DNA of 24,000 nt from Tissierellia bacterium (GCA_012519495.1 JAAYQA010000015.1:18439-42438); one strand, 5' to 3'; positions 1 through 9,705 are shown, numbered from the stretch's first letter. Notes: generated by a model not told the origin, from the sequence alone. Numbers and translations: made by a program.

Positions 1-183
1 AACTTCAACATCGACAACGAAACCATTCTTATGGCACCGGCTGAAGGTTTCTATGCAACGCCCGGTCTTGGAAAAAATGAAGTACGTTTCTCCTACTGCA
101 TTAAGTCCGAAGAACTGGAACGTTCCATGAAGATTCTGGAAAAAGCGCTTGAAGCTTATCCCGGCCGCACAGAAGTCGAATAA
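1..183 (+). CDS. PLP-dependent aminotransferase (class I/II), C-terminal fragment; the 5' end lies outside the window
   Basis: Frame 1 is open from nt 1 to a TAA at 181-183. It translates to ...MAPAEGFYATPGLGKNEVRFSYCIKSEELERSMKILEKALEAYPGR, which resembles the C-terminal (G..VR.SY...eel.e.l.rl) end of AspC/AlaT-like aminotransferases. It is followed by a terminator hairpin. Confidence 0.6.
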   Translation, partial: NFNIDNETILMAPAEGFYATPGLGKNEVRFSYCIKSEELERSMKILEKALEAYPGRTEVE

Positions 184-195
184 TTCCCTTCTACA

Positions 196-239
196 AAAAA
201 TAAAAAATCGATGAGCCTCGGCTCATCGATTTTTGTTTT
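196..239. terminator. Bidirectional rho-independent terminator between the convergent aminotransferase and ispH-S1 genes
   Basis: A perfect 10-bp stem, atcgatgagc (207-216) / gctcatcgat (221-230), encloses a 4-nt loop. An A-run lies upstream (196-206) and a T-run downstream (231-239), so each strand reads stem followed by a U-tract. Confidence 0.8.
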
Positions 240-246
240 ATGCGGA

Positions 247-2562
247 TTATGCTTCCGTTTCGGTATCTTCTTCTGCCGTTTCTTCTTCTGCAACGGTCTC
301 TTCCGTTTCCGATTCCTCGGTTGCTGTTTCCGGTACTTCTTCTGTATCTTCTGCAACGGTTTCTTCGTTTTCTTCCGCTGCAGCCGGCTCTACCGTTTCG
401 GTTTCTACGGCTTCTTCTGTATCTTGTTCTTCAACCATTTGCTCTTCCGGAGCCGTCTCCGGTGCATCCGCTACCGGCTCTCCAAGATCGAGCATATCGA
501 AGTCGAAGTCCACCAGGGAGCCGATCGTGTTTTCAAAATCGTCCCCTTTAAAGACCGGTGTGCTGCGTTTTTCCACCGTTTGTCTGCGCGGGCGACGCGG
601 CTGTTGTTGCTGTTGTCCGGGTTGCTGCTCAAACTGTGCGGTACGACGCGATTGACGTTGCGGGCGTTCTTTTTTTTCCTGCGGTTTCGTTTCTTTGATA
701 CTTAAACCGATGCGCTGTGCCTCTTGGTTGATATCAAGAATCTTTACCTCAATTTCTTGCCCGATATTCAGTTCGTCCGAGGGTTTTTCCACGCGCTCGT
801 GACTGATTTGCGAAACGTGCACAAGGCCTTCCACGCCCTCTTTCATGCGGACGAAGGCACCAAAATCAAGCATATTCACCACGGTACCGGGTACAATATC
901 GCCCACTTCATTGTTTTTCACAAACTCGTCGAAGGGTTTATCCAGGAGTTGTTTTCTGCCCAGGGAAATACGGTTGGTTTCCCGATTGGCGCGCAGGATT
1001 TTCACTTCGATTTCGTCGCCGACAGTAAGTGCATCGGAAGGATGTTTCAGGCGTTTCCAGGAAATATCCGAAACGTGCAGCAGTCCGTCGACACCGCCGA
1101 GATCAATAAATGCACCAAAGTCTGTCAGACGGGCTACTTTTCCGGTTACGACATCGCCCACATGGATTTTTTCCCAGGCTTCGTCCAGAATACGTTCTTT
1201 TTCTGCTTCAATGACGACTTTTCTGGAAAGTACCAGTCTGCGTTTTCTTTCATCGATCGAGATGATTTTTGCTTCGACGGTTTGACCCACAAATGCCGAC
1301 AAGTCGCGTACATAATGTGTATCTACATGGGAACCCGGGATAAATCCGTTAATGCCCATTGTTGTAACAAGAAGACCGCCTTTGACATCTTTTTCGATCG
1401 TGGCTTCTACTGTTTCGCCGGCTTCATGGATGTCCATGAGCTTTTGCCAGTTTTTATATTTTTCAACGCGTCGGGAGGACAGAATCACATTGCCTTCACC
1501 GTCATCCAGTTTAATGACATATACTTCAATCGTCTGGCCCGGTGTGAACAGATCTTTCGGTTTAGCATTGGTGTTCTCCGAAAGTTCGTCCTGTTTGATA
1601 ATGCCGTCCGATTTGTAGTTAATGTTCACCATTACTTCACTGTCGGTGACATAGATGACTTCACCCTCGATGATTTCCCGGGGGTGAACCGGCTTCATGG
1701 TGTCTTCCACCTGCTCCATAAACTCGTCTTTGCTGTAATTGTCCATTCTTTTCACTACCTCCTCGATTAACCAATCCGGTGTAGATGCACCAGCGGTTAT
1801 TCCTATTCTTTTCATTTTTACCAACTGATCGATCGGTAAGTCTACCGCTGACTCAATAGGATACACCCTTTTACAATACTGTGATGCGACTTGCGCCAGC
1901 TTTTGCGTGTTCGAACTGTGCGCCCCACCGATCACAATCATTGCATCTACTTCCTTAGCAATCTCGGCGCAGGCTTCCTGACGAAGCCTGGTAGCGTTGC
2001 ATATGGTGTTCAGTATCACTACGTTCTGATTGTTTGCGGCAATCAAAGCTGAGAGCTGCTCAAATTTTTCCTCTCGGTTGGTCGTTTGGGACAATACGAA
2101 AACATCGGTCAGGCCGGTAACGGCTTTTGCCTCCTCCTCCGAGTTTACCACGGTAGCCTTATAGTCGGTCCGGCTGGAGAGAGCAACGACCTCCGGGTGC
2201 ATACTGTCGCCAATAATAATAACATTATAACCCTTTTCTGTCATTTCTTCCAGTTTTTCATACATTTTTATTAAGGAAGGACAGGTCGTATCAACGATTC
2301 TGTGGCCTTTTTCTTCCAAGGCCGCTTTGGTTTCCTTGCAAATGCCATGGCTACGGCTGATAATGACCGCATCTGATGCGGGTTCCTCTTTTAGCGCGTC
2401 TTTTAATCCCATTTCACCGAGTTTTTCCACTACATGGCGATTATGAACCAAAGGTCCCAAACCGTATGCCTGTTTTTCTTCTTTTAAGGTGCTTTCCGCC
2501 AAAAGGACGGCGCGCTTGACCCCGCCACAGAATCCGGCATGTTCAGCGATGATGATTTCCAT
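247..2562 (-). CDS. ispH: Bifunctional 4-hydroxy-3-methylbut-2-enyl diphosphate reductase (IspH/LytB) fused to four ribosomal protein S1 repeats, with a basic/Q-rich linker and an acidic E/T-rich tail
   Basis: IspH Cys motifs are present: [35 protein letters not shown]. Four S1/OB repeats follow, e.g. [30 protein letters not shown] and [30 protein letters not shown] moved the start to the ATG at 2562 (MEIIIAEH) because GGAGG sits 6-7 nt upstream, inside the longer ORF's MRRKY extension. Confidence 0.9.
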   Translation of the reverse strand: MEIIIAEHAGFCGGVKRAVLLAESTLKEEKQAYGLGPLVHNRHVVEKLGEMGLKDALKEEPASDAVIISRSHGICKETKAALEEKGHRIVDTTCPSLIKMYEKLEEMTEKGYNVIIIGDSMHPEVVALSSRTDYKATVVNSEEEAKAVTGLTDVFVLSQTTNREEKFEQLSALIAANNQNVVILNTICNATRLRQEACAEIAKEVDAMIVIGGAHSSNTQKLAQVASQYCKRVYPIESAVDLPIDQLVKMKRIGITAGASTPDWLIEEVVKRMDNYSKDEFMEQVEDTMKPVHPREIIEGEVIYVTDSEVMVNINYKSDGIIKQDELSENTNAKPKDLFTPGQTIEVYVIKLDDGEGNVILSSRRVEKYKNWQKLMDIHEAGETVEATIEKDVKGGLLVTTMGINGFIPGSHVDTHYVRDLSAFVGQTVEAKIISIDERKRRLVLSRKVVIEAEKERILDEAWEKIHVGDVVTGKVARLTDFGAFIDLGGVDGLLHVSDISWKRLKHPSDALTVGDEIEVKILRANRETNRISLGRKQLLDKPFDEFVKNNEVGDIVPGTVVNMLDFGAFVRMKEGVEGLVHVSQISHERVEKPSDELNIGQEIEVKILDINQEAQRIGLSIKETKPQEKKERPQRQSRRTAQFEQQPGQQQQQPRRPRRQTVEKRSTPVFKGDDFENTIGSLVDFDFDMLDLGEPVADAPETAPEEQMVEEQDTEEAVETETVEPAAAEENEETVAEDTEEVPETATEESETEETVAEEETAEEDTETEA

Positions 2563-3148
2563 GTACTTCCTCCTCATAGATCGACTCGAATACGGCGCGG
2601 GTGAGCGCTTGAACCGCCTCTTCTTTGGCTAAGCCGGCGGTTACTTCCCGGGTTTTAATCACTTCCCGAAAATGCACGTCGACCCGGGAAAACAATTTGT
2701 AGGTGGCGTGAATACGGACCGGAACAATATCCGCCTTTGCGCGCATGGCAATGACGGAAACACCCTCTTTGAAATTGCGGATATCGATCGTGTCCACACG
2801 CGTTCCCTCCGGAAAGATGCCCAGCACGTCTTCCTCTTTCAGAATCGACAAGGCCGTTTTTAAGGCCCGAATATCGGTTCCTTCCCGGTGCACCGGAAAC
2901 ACGCCTACCTTGCGTAGGATCCAGGCGAGCGGCTTGAACGAGAACAATTGATCTTTTGCCATAAACCGGATCGGACGTTCTGTATAAATACCGAGAAAAA
3001 CCGGATCCAACATCGACTGATGATTTCCGCATACGATGACCCGCCCTTCCTGCGGCATGCGCTCTTCCCGGTGTACGCGGGGCCAATAAAAGGGCGTCAG
3101 AAGGATACGGACCAGACCGGCCGCAAAACGGTACCAATTATAGCGCAT
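2543..3148 (-). CDS. plsC: 1-acyl-sn-glycerol-3-phosphate acyltransferase
   Basis: It has the acyltransferase motifs NHQSMLDP (HX4D) and FPEGTR. The start is set at the ATG at 3148 (MRYNWYRF), preceded by GGAGG-N6. The ORF-track start at 3163 is a TTG that lies within the SD. Confidence 0.85.
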   Translation of the reverse strand: MRYNWYRFAAGLVRILLTPFYWPRVHREERMPQEGRVIVCGNHQSMLDPVFLGIYTERPIRFMAKDQLFSFKPLAWILRKVGVFPVHREGTDIRALKTALSILKEEDVLGIFPEGTRVDTIDIRNFKEGVSVIAMRAKADIVPVRIHATYKLFSRVDVHFREVIKTREVTAGLAKEEAVQALTRAVFESIYEEEVHGNHHR

Positions 3149-3788
3149 CCTTTGCCTCCACAAATTCCATCATAAGATCGACTGTTTCCTGCACCGACAG
3201 ATTTGTATTGTCAATGACAATGGCACCTTCCGCAATGGTTAACGGAGCGATTGCACGGTTCATGTCCTGGGTGTCCCGCTCTTTCATGGCCACCAGCACT
3301 TCCTCAAACGTATACCGGGTTTTTTCCCCCTGTTCATACCGGCGCCGGGCGCGCTCTTCCACATTTGCATCCAGATAAAACTTGTAGGGAGTTTCCGGAA
3401 TCACACAAGTTCCGATATCCCGGCCGTCCATAATCAAGGAATACCGGATCGCCAAATCTTTTTGTTTTTCCTGCATTTCCTTGCGCACGCCGGGAATCGC
3501 GCTGATAACAGAAGCCGCTTTGGCAAATTGCTGCGCCCGGATGGCCGCAGGCAACGGTGCCCCGCTCTCCCTTAATTCGTGTCCTTCTATGGAAAACTGC
3601 AATCGGCCCGCCAATTTCTCCAGTACTTCCGTATCGTCGTTTGGTATACCGGCTGCATCGGCTTTCCATGCCAACATACGATACATCGCGCCGGTATCCA
3701 GATGCAGCATGCCCAGTTTTTCGGCCAATGCCTTGGCTACCGTACTTTTCCCGGAGCCGGACGGTCCGTCTATTGCAATACTTTTCAT
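3138..3788 (-). CDS. cmk: Cytidylate kinase
   Basis: The P-loop IAIDGPSGSGKST is present and the protein looks like Cmk along its full length. Its start forms an ATGA overlap with the upstream gene's stop. Confidence 0.95.
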   Translation of the reverse strand: MKSIAIDGPSGSGKSTVAKALAEKLGMLHLDTGAMYRMLAWKADAAGIPNDDTEVLEKLAGRLQFSIEGHELRESGAPLPAAIRAQQFAKAASVISAIPGVRKEMQEKQKDLAIRYSLIMDGRDIGTCVIPETPYKFYLDANVEERARRRYEQGEKTRYTFEEVLVAMKERDTQDMNRAIAPLTIAEGAIVIDNTNLSVQETVDLMMEFVEAKDAL

Positions 3789-4126
3789 ATTTCCATCCCC
3801 CAGGATTCACAGCCCAACAGGCGGTTTTTCGGATCTTTCAACCGCTGTTTCGGATACATGACAATCTGTATGCAACGGTCCATTCCGGACTGATAGCGGA
3901 ACTGTTGGATCCCAAAGAGCGGAACATCCGAAAGAGAGGCTTTTTCCATCGCTTTTTCCGCAAATCCTCCGGGCAGATCATCCGTTGCACCGATCAGTAC
4001 CGATGCCAGATCATTCGCTGTCAGTTGATTGTCCTGCAGCATGCCCGATAAGAGAGCTGCCGTCTTTTCTTCGATCTGATCCACCTCTGCATGGGTAATT
4101 TGAATCGAACCTTTTATCGTTTTCAT
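3785..4126 (-). CDS. AroH-type (B. subtilis class) chorismate mutase-like protein, divergent
   Basis: The 113-aa product aligns by eye with my recollection of B. subtilis AroH (IRGIRGATT.. vs IKGSIQIT.., SATPDL..FPAKA vs GATDDL..FAEKA, KKCIRVMM vs DRCIQIVM). An AAGGAGG SD lies 7 nt upstream and the start overlaps the upstream stop as ATGA. Confidence 0.5.
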   Translation of the reverse strand: MKTIKGSIQITHAEVDQIEEKTAALLSGMLQDNQLTANDLASVLIGATDDLPGGFAEKAMEKASLSDVPLFGIQQFRYQSGMDRCIQIVMYPKQRLKDPKNRLLGCESWGMEI

Positions 4127-5352
4127 TCATTCGCCTCCTTGCCAAAGCCTGCCGCATGGGTACCTGCCACAAAGCCCGTAGACCATGCAATCTGCATATT
4201 ATACCCACCGGTATCGGCGTCTATGTCGAGCACTTCTCCGCAAAAGTACAAGCCTTCCACCTTTTTTGACTGCATACTTTTCGCGTCCACCTCCTGCACA
4301 AAGACCCCGCCGCGTGTAATGATCGCCTCGGAGAATCCGCGAAAAGAGCCCACATCCAGCGGGAAGTGCAATAGAGTATCCGTGAGATTCCGACGGTCCT
4401 TTGCAGTAAAAACGGCACCGCGTGTTTTCGGATCTATACCTGCGGCCCGAATCACATGGGGAACCAGACTCTGCGGCAACAGGCGGTTCGCAATCGTGCC
4501 GATTTCTTTCAGCGGATCCTTGTCCACTTCTCTTTGGATCCGGGCAGATAGTTGTTCTGCATGCAGAGCCGGTTTGAAATTCAGATACAACGGAAAGGCA
4601 GCAAAAGGCACCGGCGCTTCGGCGCTCATCTGCAAAACCACCGGACCGGATATCCCGTAGTGCGTAAACAGCAATTCACCGAACCACTCTTTTGCTTTCT
4701 TTCCCCACTTTGCCTCCAGTCGTATATTTCGCAGACTCAGACCCGATAAGTCCGGATACGGATGAAGCAGGTTTAACCCCACCAAAGAAGGATACAGCGG
4801 CTTGATCCGGTGACCGAAGTGTTTGGCCCAACGATACCCGTCTCCTGTGGACCCGGTTACCGGATACGACAGACCCCCGGTGGCAATAATGACCGCACGG
4901 GCCCGGTATTCTTTTCCCTTCGCCTGTACGGTGAAATAATCCTCTTTCTTTTCGATCTGATCGACTTTCGTATTTAAAAGGATTTGCACGCCGGCTTCCT
5001 TTAGCGCTCGCTGAAAGGCGGAAATTGTATCGCTGCTCTTGTCGCTTACCGGAAATACGCGCTCCCCGCGCTCGGTTTTTACCGCAACGCCACAGGAGAT
5101 AAAAAAACGTTTAATATCCTCTTTTGTATAGCGGGCAAATGCGCCCATCAAAAACTTAGGATTTCTTCGTATGTGTGAAAGATGCATGGACATATCCGCA
5201 TCGTTTGTTAAATTGCATCGTCCTTTCCCGGTAATATACCACTTCTTTCCGATCTTTTCGTTTTGCTCTAACAATATAACCGGAGCACCTTGTTTCGCAG
5301 CAGACAAAGCGGCCATGCATCCGGCCGGCCCGCCCCCTATCACAAGAATCAT
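4123..5352 (-). CDS. NAD(P)/FAD-dependent oxidoreductase, HI0933/YhiN/BaiN flavoprotein family
   Basis: The N-terminus carries a Rossmann motif (ILVIGGGPAGCMAALSAA) followed by the family-typical KIGKK.YITGKGRCNLTN. A C-terminal GGY motif precedes ...AWSTG. A GGAGGAAAGG SD is present. Confidence 0.8.
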   Translation of the reverse strand: MILVIGGGPAGCMAALSAAKQGAPVILLEQNEKIGKKWYITGKGRCNLTNDADMSMHLSHIRRNPKFLMGAFARYTKEDIKRFFISCGVAVKTERGERVFPVSDKSSDTISAFQRALKEAGVQILLNTKVDQIEKKEDYFTVQAKGKEYRARAVIIATGGLSYPVTGSTGDGYRWAKHFGHRIKPLYPSLVGLNLLHPYPDLSGLSLRNIRLEAKWGKKAKEWFGELLFTHYGISGPVVLQMSAEAPVPFAAFPLYLNFKPALHAEQLSARIQREVDKDPLKEIGTIANRLLPQSLVPHVIRAAGIDPKTRGAVFTAKDRRNLTDTLLHFPLDVGSFRGFSEAIITRGGVFVQEVDAKSMQSKKVEGLYFCGEVLDIDADTGGYNMQIAWSTGFVAGTHAAGFGKEANE

Positions 5353-5894
5353 TTCCTTTCCTCCGGGGTAAGCATATAGACGATCGGTGCATGCCCGTCA
5401 TCGGGTACCCGCTGCCAGCTATACACTCGGTATAAAGACTGGCTGCTGAACCAGCGGGCAAGCGCGTTTGCCTCTTCTTCCTTGTCGTGGGTGCGATAAG
5501 CTGTCAGAGAGATTCGGCCGTCCGATTGGATTTTTGCCCGCAGCTTCGTAAGGCTCTCGATTGTCGAATCGGCTTTGGTGGTCACCGTTTTGTCTGAACC
5601 GGGCAAATAACCGAGATTATAGACCGCAAATCGAAAAGGCGCCAAATCATCGCAGTGGACATGACTTTCATGCCGTAAGTCAATGGAATAATCCGGATAA
5701 AGGCGGGCGATCTCCGAGCAACGCCGGATTGCTTCTTCTGCTATATCAAAACCGGTGAATCGTCCCTGATCGGTGCACAAAGACAGAAGTTTTTTCATAT
5801 CATGCCCGTTACCCAGCGTCATATCCACAACATGATCCCCCGGCTGTACGGTTATTTCCATTAACAGATGTGCCATCTGCAAGTGATTCATCAT
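5349..5894 (-). CDS. mnmM: Class I SAM-dependent methyltransferase of the YtqB/MnmM (tRNA mnm5s2U34 methyltransferase, 'putative rRNA methylase') family
   Basis: DMTLGNGHD and YNLGYLPGSDKTVTT closely match the B. subtilis YtqB motifs as I recall them (DATMGNGHD, FNLGYLPGGDKSITT). The size is also similar, about 180 aa. Confidence 0.75.
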   Translation of the reverse strand: MMNHLQMAHLLMEITVQPGDHVVDMTLGNGHDMKKLLSLCTDQGRFTGFDIAEEAIRRCSEIARLYPDYSIDLRHESHVHCDDLAPFRFAVYNLGYLPGSDKTVTTKADSTIESLTKLRAKIQSDGRISLTAYRTHDKEEEANALARWFSSQSLYRVYSWQRVPDDGHAPIVYMLTPEERK

Positions 5895-6577
5895 AGTCCT
5901 TTCCGTTCTTCACGGGATAGTTTCCGAAAATGTCCTTCCGGTAGATCGCCCAGTTTTATGCCATCCATTTCGGTCCGATGCAGTTTTTTAACCTCATAAC
6001 CCAGCAGCGCCCACATGCGCCGGATTTGCCGGTTTCTCCCTTCTCTCATGCGAATCTGAAGACCGTTCGCATGACGGGTGATTTTAGCCGGGCGGGTTTT
6101 GATTCCGTCAAGCAGAATTCCTTGTTCGAACCGGGCAATATCCCGTCCTTTCGGCACCCGATTCAGACGGACTTCATACACTTTTTCCTTTTGAAAAGAA
6201 GGATGTGTCAGGCGATGAACCAACGGGCCGTCATTTGTCAGCAATAAGAGCCCGCTGGAGTCTTTATCCAAACGACCGACCGGCACAACGCGCTCGGGAA
6301 TATCCTTTACATGATCTGCCAGCAGATTCTTCTGTTTTGGATCGGCCAGACTCACCGTTACCCCTATGGGTTTATGATAGGCATATACGACGGTTCGTTC
6401 CGGTAAAAACAGAGGCTTTCCGTCAACCGCTACGCGATCGGTCTCTCCGATACGCGTGGCCAGGGAATGAATGACCTCTCCATTGCATGTTACCCGACCG
6501 TCCAAAACGTATTGTTCGGCATCCCTGCGGCTGCATAATCCCGCTGCAGCCAGATACTTGTTAATCCGCACGGTCAT
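5891..6577 (-). CDS. rluB: Pseudouridine synthase, RsuA/RluB family (S4 domain plus catalytic domain)
   Basis: An S4 domain (RINKYLAAAGLCSRRDAEQYVLDGRV) is followed by the catalytic motif GRLDKDSSGLLLLTNDG. The ORF-track N-terminus at 6643 was trimmed. GGAGG directly abuts the ATG at 6577, so the GTG at 6571 (MRINKYL) is an equally good start. Confidence 0.85.
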   Translation of the reverse strand: MTVRINKYLAAAGLCSRRDAEQYVLDGRVTCNGEVIHSLATRIGETDRVAVDGKPLFLPERTVVYAYHKPIGVTVSLADPKQKNLLADHVKDIPERVVPVGRLDKDSSGLLLLTNDGPLVHRLTHPSFQKEKVYEVRLNRVPKGRDIARFEQGILLDGIKTRPAKITRHANGLQIRMREGRNRQIRRMWALLGYEVKKLHRTEMDGIKLGDLPEGHFRKLSREERKGL

Positions 6578-7115
6578 CCTCCGTTTCTTCCAATGGAGGT
6601 AATTCCGAAAGATCCGACAGCGAAAAATAACGCAGGAATTCATCCGTTGTTTTGTAGAGATAGGGCTTTCCGATCGTTTCCAGCCGTCCGGCTTCCTGAA
6701 TCAGGTTCTTACCGAGGAGCGTTTCAATGATTCCGGCCGACTGCACGCCGCGGATCTGCTCCACAACCATGCGGGTTGTCGGTTGCTTGTAGGCGATAAT
6801 GGACAGAACCTCCAGTGCCTGCCTGCTCAGACTCTTTTGCGGGCGCGTATGCAATAAGCCCGCTATCGTGTCATGTAAAGCCTCATGGGTCACAAATAAG
6901 CGGGTATCGCCGTGTTTTGCATATACGATCCCGCTGTTATTACCGTACTTGGTTTCAAGCTGTTCTTCAATGGCGATCCATTGCGTCTGCGATACCGAAA
7001 GCGCGTCCCGTAATTGCTTGACGGTTAATCCGTCCGACCACAGATACAATAGGGCTTCCGCTTTCATTAGGGGTTCGGTCTTAATACGCTTCTCTCCTGT
7101 GCAAATAGATTTCAT
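6561..7115 (-). CDS. scpB: Segregation and condensation protein B
   Basis: It follows scpA and has ScpB-type winged-helix repeats, including the motif GRLETIGKPYLYKTTDEFL. The start is ambiguous: ATG at 7115, or ATG at 7067 (MKAEALLYLW). Confidence 0.85.
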   Translation of the reverse strand: MKSICTGEKRIKTEPLMKAEALLYLWSDGLTVKQLRDALSVSQTQWIAIEEQLETKYGNNSGIVYAKHGDTRLFVTHEALHDTIAGLLHTRPQKSLSRQALEVLSIIAYKQPTTRMVVEQIRGVQSAGIIETLLGKNLIQEAGRLETIGKPYLYKTTDEFLRYFSLSDLSELPPLEETEDDRAD

Positions 7116-7785
7116 TTTGTTTGACCAACGCCTGTAGTATATTGCGCTTCATGAGTTCCAGCATGGCAATAAACAGGGCAATCCACTCGCCCACCGCCTG
7201 TGTCCGTACAAAATGGCCTAAGGGGGTGGGTTTTTCCAGCGGAGCATCCAGCAGGGTTTCTATGGCGGTTTCCACTTCAAATACTTCCCGTTCGATAATT
7301 TCGCCGATCGCCTCGCGTGATGCTTCTTCTCTGGCGCGTGTCTGCAATGCGTCGCGGAAAGCCAGATACAAAGCCCCGACGTCTTTGGTGATTTCTACAG
7401 GTTCGGTCGAATATGCGCTCAGATCCGACGGCAATTTGCTTAATCGGACCGCCCCGGCCTTTTCATAGGCTTGCAGGGTTTTAGAAACCGCCAAAAAGGC
7501 TTCGTATGCCTGCAGCCGTTTTACCAACGCTTCTCTGGGGTCTTCTTCCTCTTCCTCTTCTACCGGCAAAAGAATACGCGACTTAATATACAGTAATTCC
7601 GATGCCAAAACAAGGAAATCACCCATTTCTTCTTCCCGTACCGTGCTTTTGTCCTCTAAAATGCTGACATAGGCATCGGTGATTTCTGCGATCGGAATAT
7701 CCTCAATCGGTATCTCGTTTTTTCTGATCAGCTGCAGCAGAAGATCCAGCGGACCTTCAAATGCGCTCACTTCAACATGTAACAT
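7081..7785 (-). CDS. scpA: Segregation and condensation protein A (kleisin)
   Basis: The N-terminal motif FEGPLDLLLQLIRKNEI is present, and it pairs with the downstream scpB. Confidence 0.9.
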   Translation of the reverse strand: MLHVEVSAFEGPLDLLLQLIRKNEIPIEDIPIAEITDAYVSILEDKSTVREEEMGDFLVLASELLYIKSRILLPVEEEEEEDPREALVKRLQAYEAFLAVSKTLQAYEKAGAVRLSKLPSDLSAYSTEPVEITKDVGALYLAFRDALQTRAREEASREAIGEIIEREVFEVETAIETLLDAPLEKPTPLGHFVRTQAVGEWIALFIAMLELMKRNILQALVKQNEIYLHRREAY

Positions 7786-8399
7786 TATAGGAACAATCCT
7801 ACCAGGAAGCGAATGATCGCATTGGCTGCCGGTACAAGAATGCGTTGGAGTGCACCGGAAAAGACAAAAATGACGAGGATAATATAAAAATACCGTTGAT
7901 ACTGATACACCTTTCGTTCCATCTGCACCGGCAGAAAACTGAACACAATCTTTGATCCGTCCAGTGGCGGAAAAGGCAACAGATTAAACACGGCAAAATA
8001 TACATTATACAAAATCATCAACTGCAGGAATTCTGCCCAGAGAGGGTGTTTGTTTCCTGTATAGATAAAAAGGCCGACGCTCACGGTGGCCAGCAGAAGA
8101 TTCATGCCCGCCCCGGCCGCCGAAACAAACAGCATACCGGCTTTGCGGTTCCGGAAACGATTGGGATTGATCGGGACCGGTTTAGCCCAGCCGAAGCGAA
8201 AGAAGAGCAAACTCAAAGTTCCCAGCGGGTCCATATGCTTGATCGGATTCAAGCTCAACCGCCCTGCGTCTTTCGCCGTGGTATCCCCCATAAGAAGCGC
8301 TGCACCACCGTGCGCCAGTTCATGTGCCACAATCGTAAGGAGTAGGCATACGGCGGTAATCAGTATATTATCGGGTAGCAGATTCTGTATAAAAGACAT
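7785..8399 (-). CDS. Site-2 protease family (peptidase M50) membrane metalloprotease
   Basis: It has the HELAHG zinc motif, a second motif NLLPFPPLDGS, and multiple hydrophobic segments. Confidence 0.8.
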   Translation of the reverse strand: MSFIQNLLPDNILITAVCLLLTIVAHELAHGGAALLMGDTTAKDAGRLSLNPIKHMDPLGTLSLLFFRFGWAKPVPINPNRFRNRKAGMLFVSAAGAGMNLLLATVSVGLFIYTGNKHPLWAEFLQLMILYNVYFAVFNLLPFPPLDGSKIVFSFLPVQMERKVYQYQRYFYIILVIFVFSGALQRILVPAANAIIRFLVGLFL

Positions 8400-9705
8400 C
8401 GGTGTCCGTCACTTTCGCGAAAATCAAAGGTTTTTGTGCTGCGCCCTCGCCGATCGTAATGGCAGATTGCAGGATCTTGGCAGACTCTGCGCCCCGTTTT
8501 TCATCATTCGCATAAAGGACAGCAATCACATCCCCTTTTTGTACCGGCGTGCCGCTGCGGAGCTTTCTTTCGATTCCGACATCCAGATCGAGGACATCGT
8601 CTTTTTTCAAACGGCCGCTACCCAGTTCCAAGGCGGCTTCACCGGTCAGTCGCGCATCGATTTTTTCTATGATCCCGTCTTTCTCTGCCTTTACAGGAAT
8701 CTGAAAACGAGCTTTTCGCAGTTTCTCCGGTTTCTCTACAAACGATGTGTCGCCATCCTGTTCCTGTACCATTTCAAGGAACTTTTTATAGGCCGCCCCG
8801 TTGGCAATCTGTGCCCGTACGCGCTCGGTAGCACGTTCGATATTTGTTTCTTTATCGGCCAGAATCAATTCTTCCGCTGCCAAAGCAATGCTCACTGTCA
8901 GAAGAGGCCCTTCCTTCTCTCCGCGCAGAATCCGGATCGCTTCATATACTTCCAGAGCATTTCCGACAAAGTCGCCGAGCGGTTCTTCCATCGCCGTAAT
9001 CAGACAGACCGTCTCTTTGGAAAAACGTGCACCGATTTTTGCCATCGTGCCGGCCAATTCAATCGCGCGATCGGGATCCTGCATAAAAGCACCCGATCCG
9101 ACTTTTACATCCAGGAGGATTTTATCGGCACCCACCGCCAGTTTCTTGGACATAATCGAAGATGCGATCAAAGGGATTGCATCGATGGTTGCTGTTACAT
9201 CCCGCAGTGCATAGAGCTTTTTGTCGGCCGGGACCAAAGTACCTGTTTGTCCGGCGACGGCCAAATGCATGCGCCGCACCTGGTCAACGAATTCCTCTTC
9301 CTGCAGCTCCGTTCTGAGCCCCGGTATCGACGCCAGTTTATCCAGTGTACCGCCGGTATGGCCTAAGCCACGGCCGGACATCTTGGCAAACGGAATGCCC
9401 AAAGACGCAACGAGCGGGCCGGTAACCAGCGTCGTCGTGTCACCCACGCCGCCGGTAGAATGTTTATCGACGATAATACCGGGTATACCCGACAGATCGA
9501 TTACATCACCGGAATGGACCATATCGTCCGTAATGGCATACAGTTCGGCTTCGGTCATACCGCGAAGATATACCGCCATCAGCCAGGCGGCGATCTGATC
9601 GTCGGTTGCTTCGCCTGTGTGAATCATTTGAAACCATGCCCGGATGGATTCACGGGAGTGTTCTTTACCGTCCCGTTTGGTGGCAATAAAATCAGATGCG
9701 TGCAT
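8368..9705 (-). CDS. pdp: Pyrimidine-nucleoside (thymidine) phosphorylase
   Basis: The motifs KHSTGGVGD and SGRGLGHTGGTLDKL are present, and the protein resembles Pdp/DeoA along its full length. Confidence 0.92.
   Translation of the reverse strand: MHASDFIATKRDGKEHSRESIRAWFQMIHTGEATDDQIAAWLMAVYLRGMTEAELYAITDDMVHSGDVIDLSGIPGIIVDKHSTGGVGDTTTLVTGPLVASLGIPFAKMSGRGLGHTGGTLDKLASIPGLRTELQEEEFVDQVRRMHLAVAGQTGTLVPADKKLYALRDVTATIDAIPLIASSIMSKKLAVGADKILLDVKVGSGAFMQDPDRAIELAGTMAKIGARFSKETVCLITAMEEPLGDFVGNALEVYEAIRILRGEKEGPLLTVSIALAAEELILADKETNIERATERVRAQIANGAAYKKFLEMVQEQDGDTSFVEKPEKLRKARFQIPVKAEKDGIIEKIDARLTGEAALELGSGRLKKDDVLDLDVGIERKLRSGTPVQKGDVIAVLYANDEKRGAESAKILQSAITIGEGAAQKPLIFAKVTDTDVFYTESATR

Noticed and set aside
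211-705. Three overlapping plus-strand ORFs (103-164 aa) with F/C/R/S-rich products
   Set aside because: They are mirror images of the GAA/GAG/ACN-rich codons encoding the acidic tail of IspH-S1 on the minus strand. This is a low-complexity artefact.
8086-9366. A 426-aa ORF on the plus strand, antisense to pdp
   Set aside because: It is a shadow ORF fully contained within the strongly supported pdp CDS. The product is Arg/Phe/Cys-rich with no motifs and no SD. The same reasoning applies to 724..1770 (+, 348 aa, antisense to the S1 repeats), 4091..4660, 10037..10477, 12799..13353, 19915..20373, 21081..21536 and the other plus-strand ORFs in the track.
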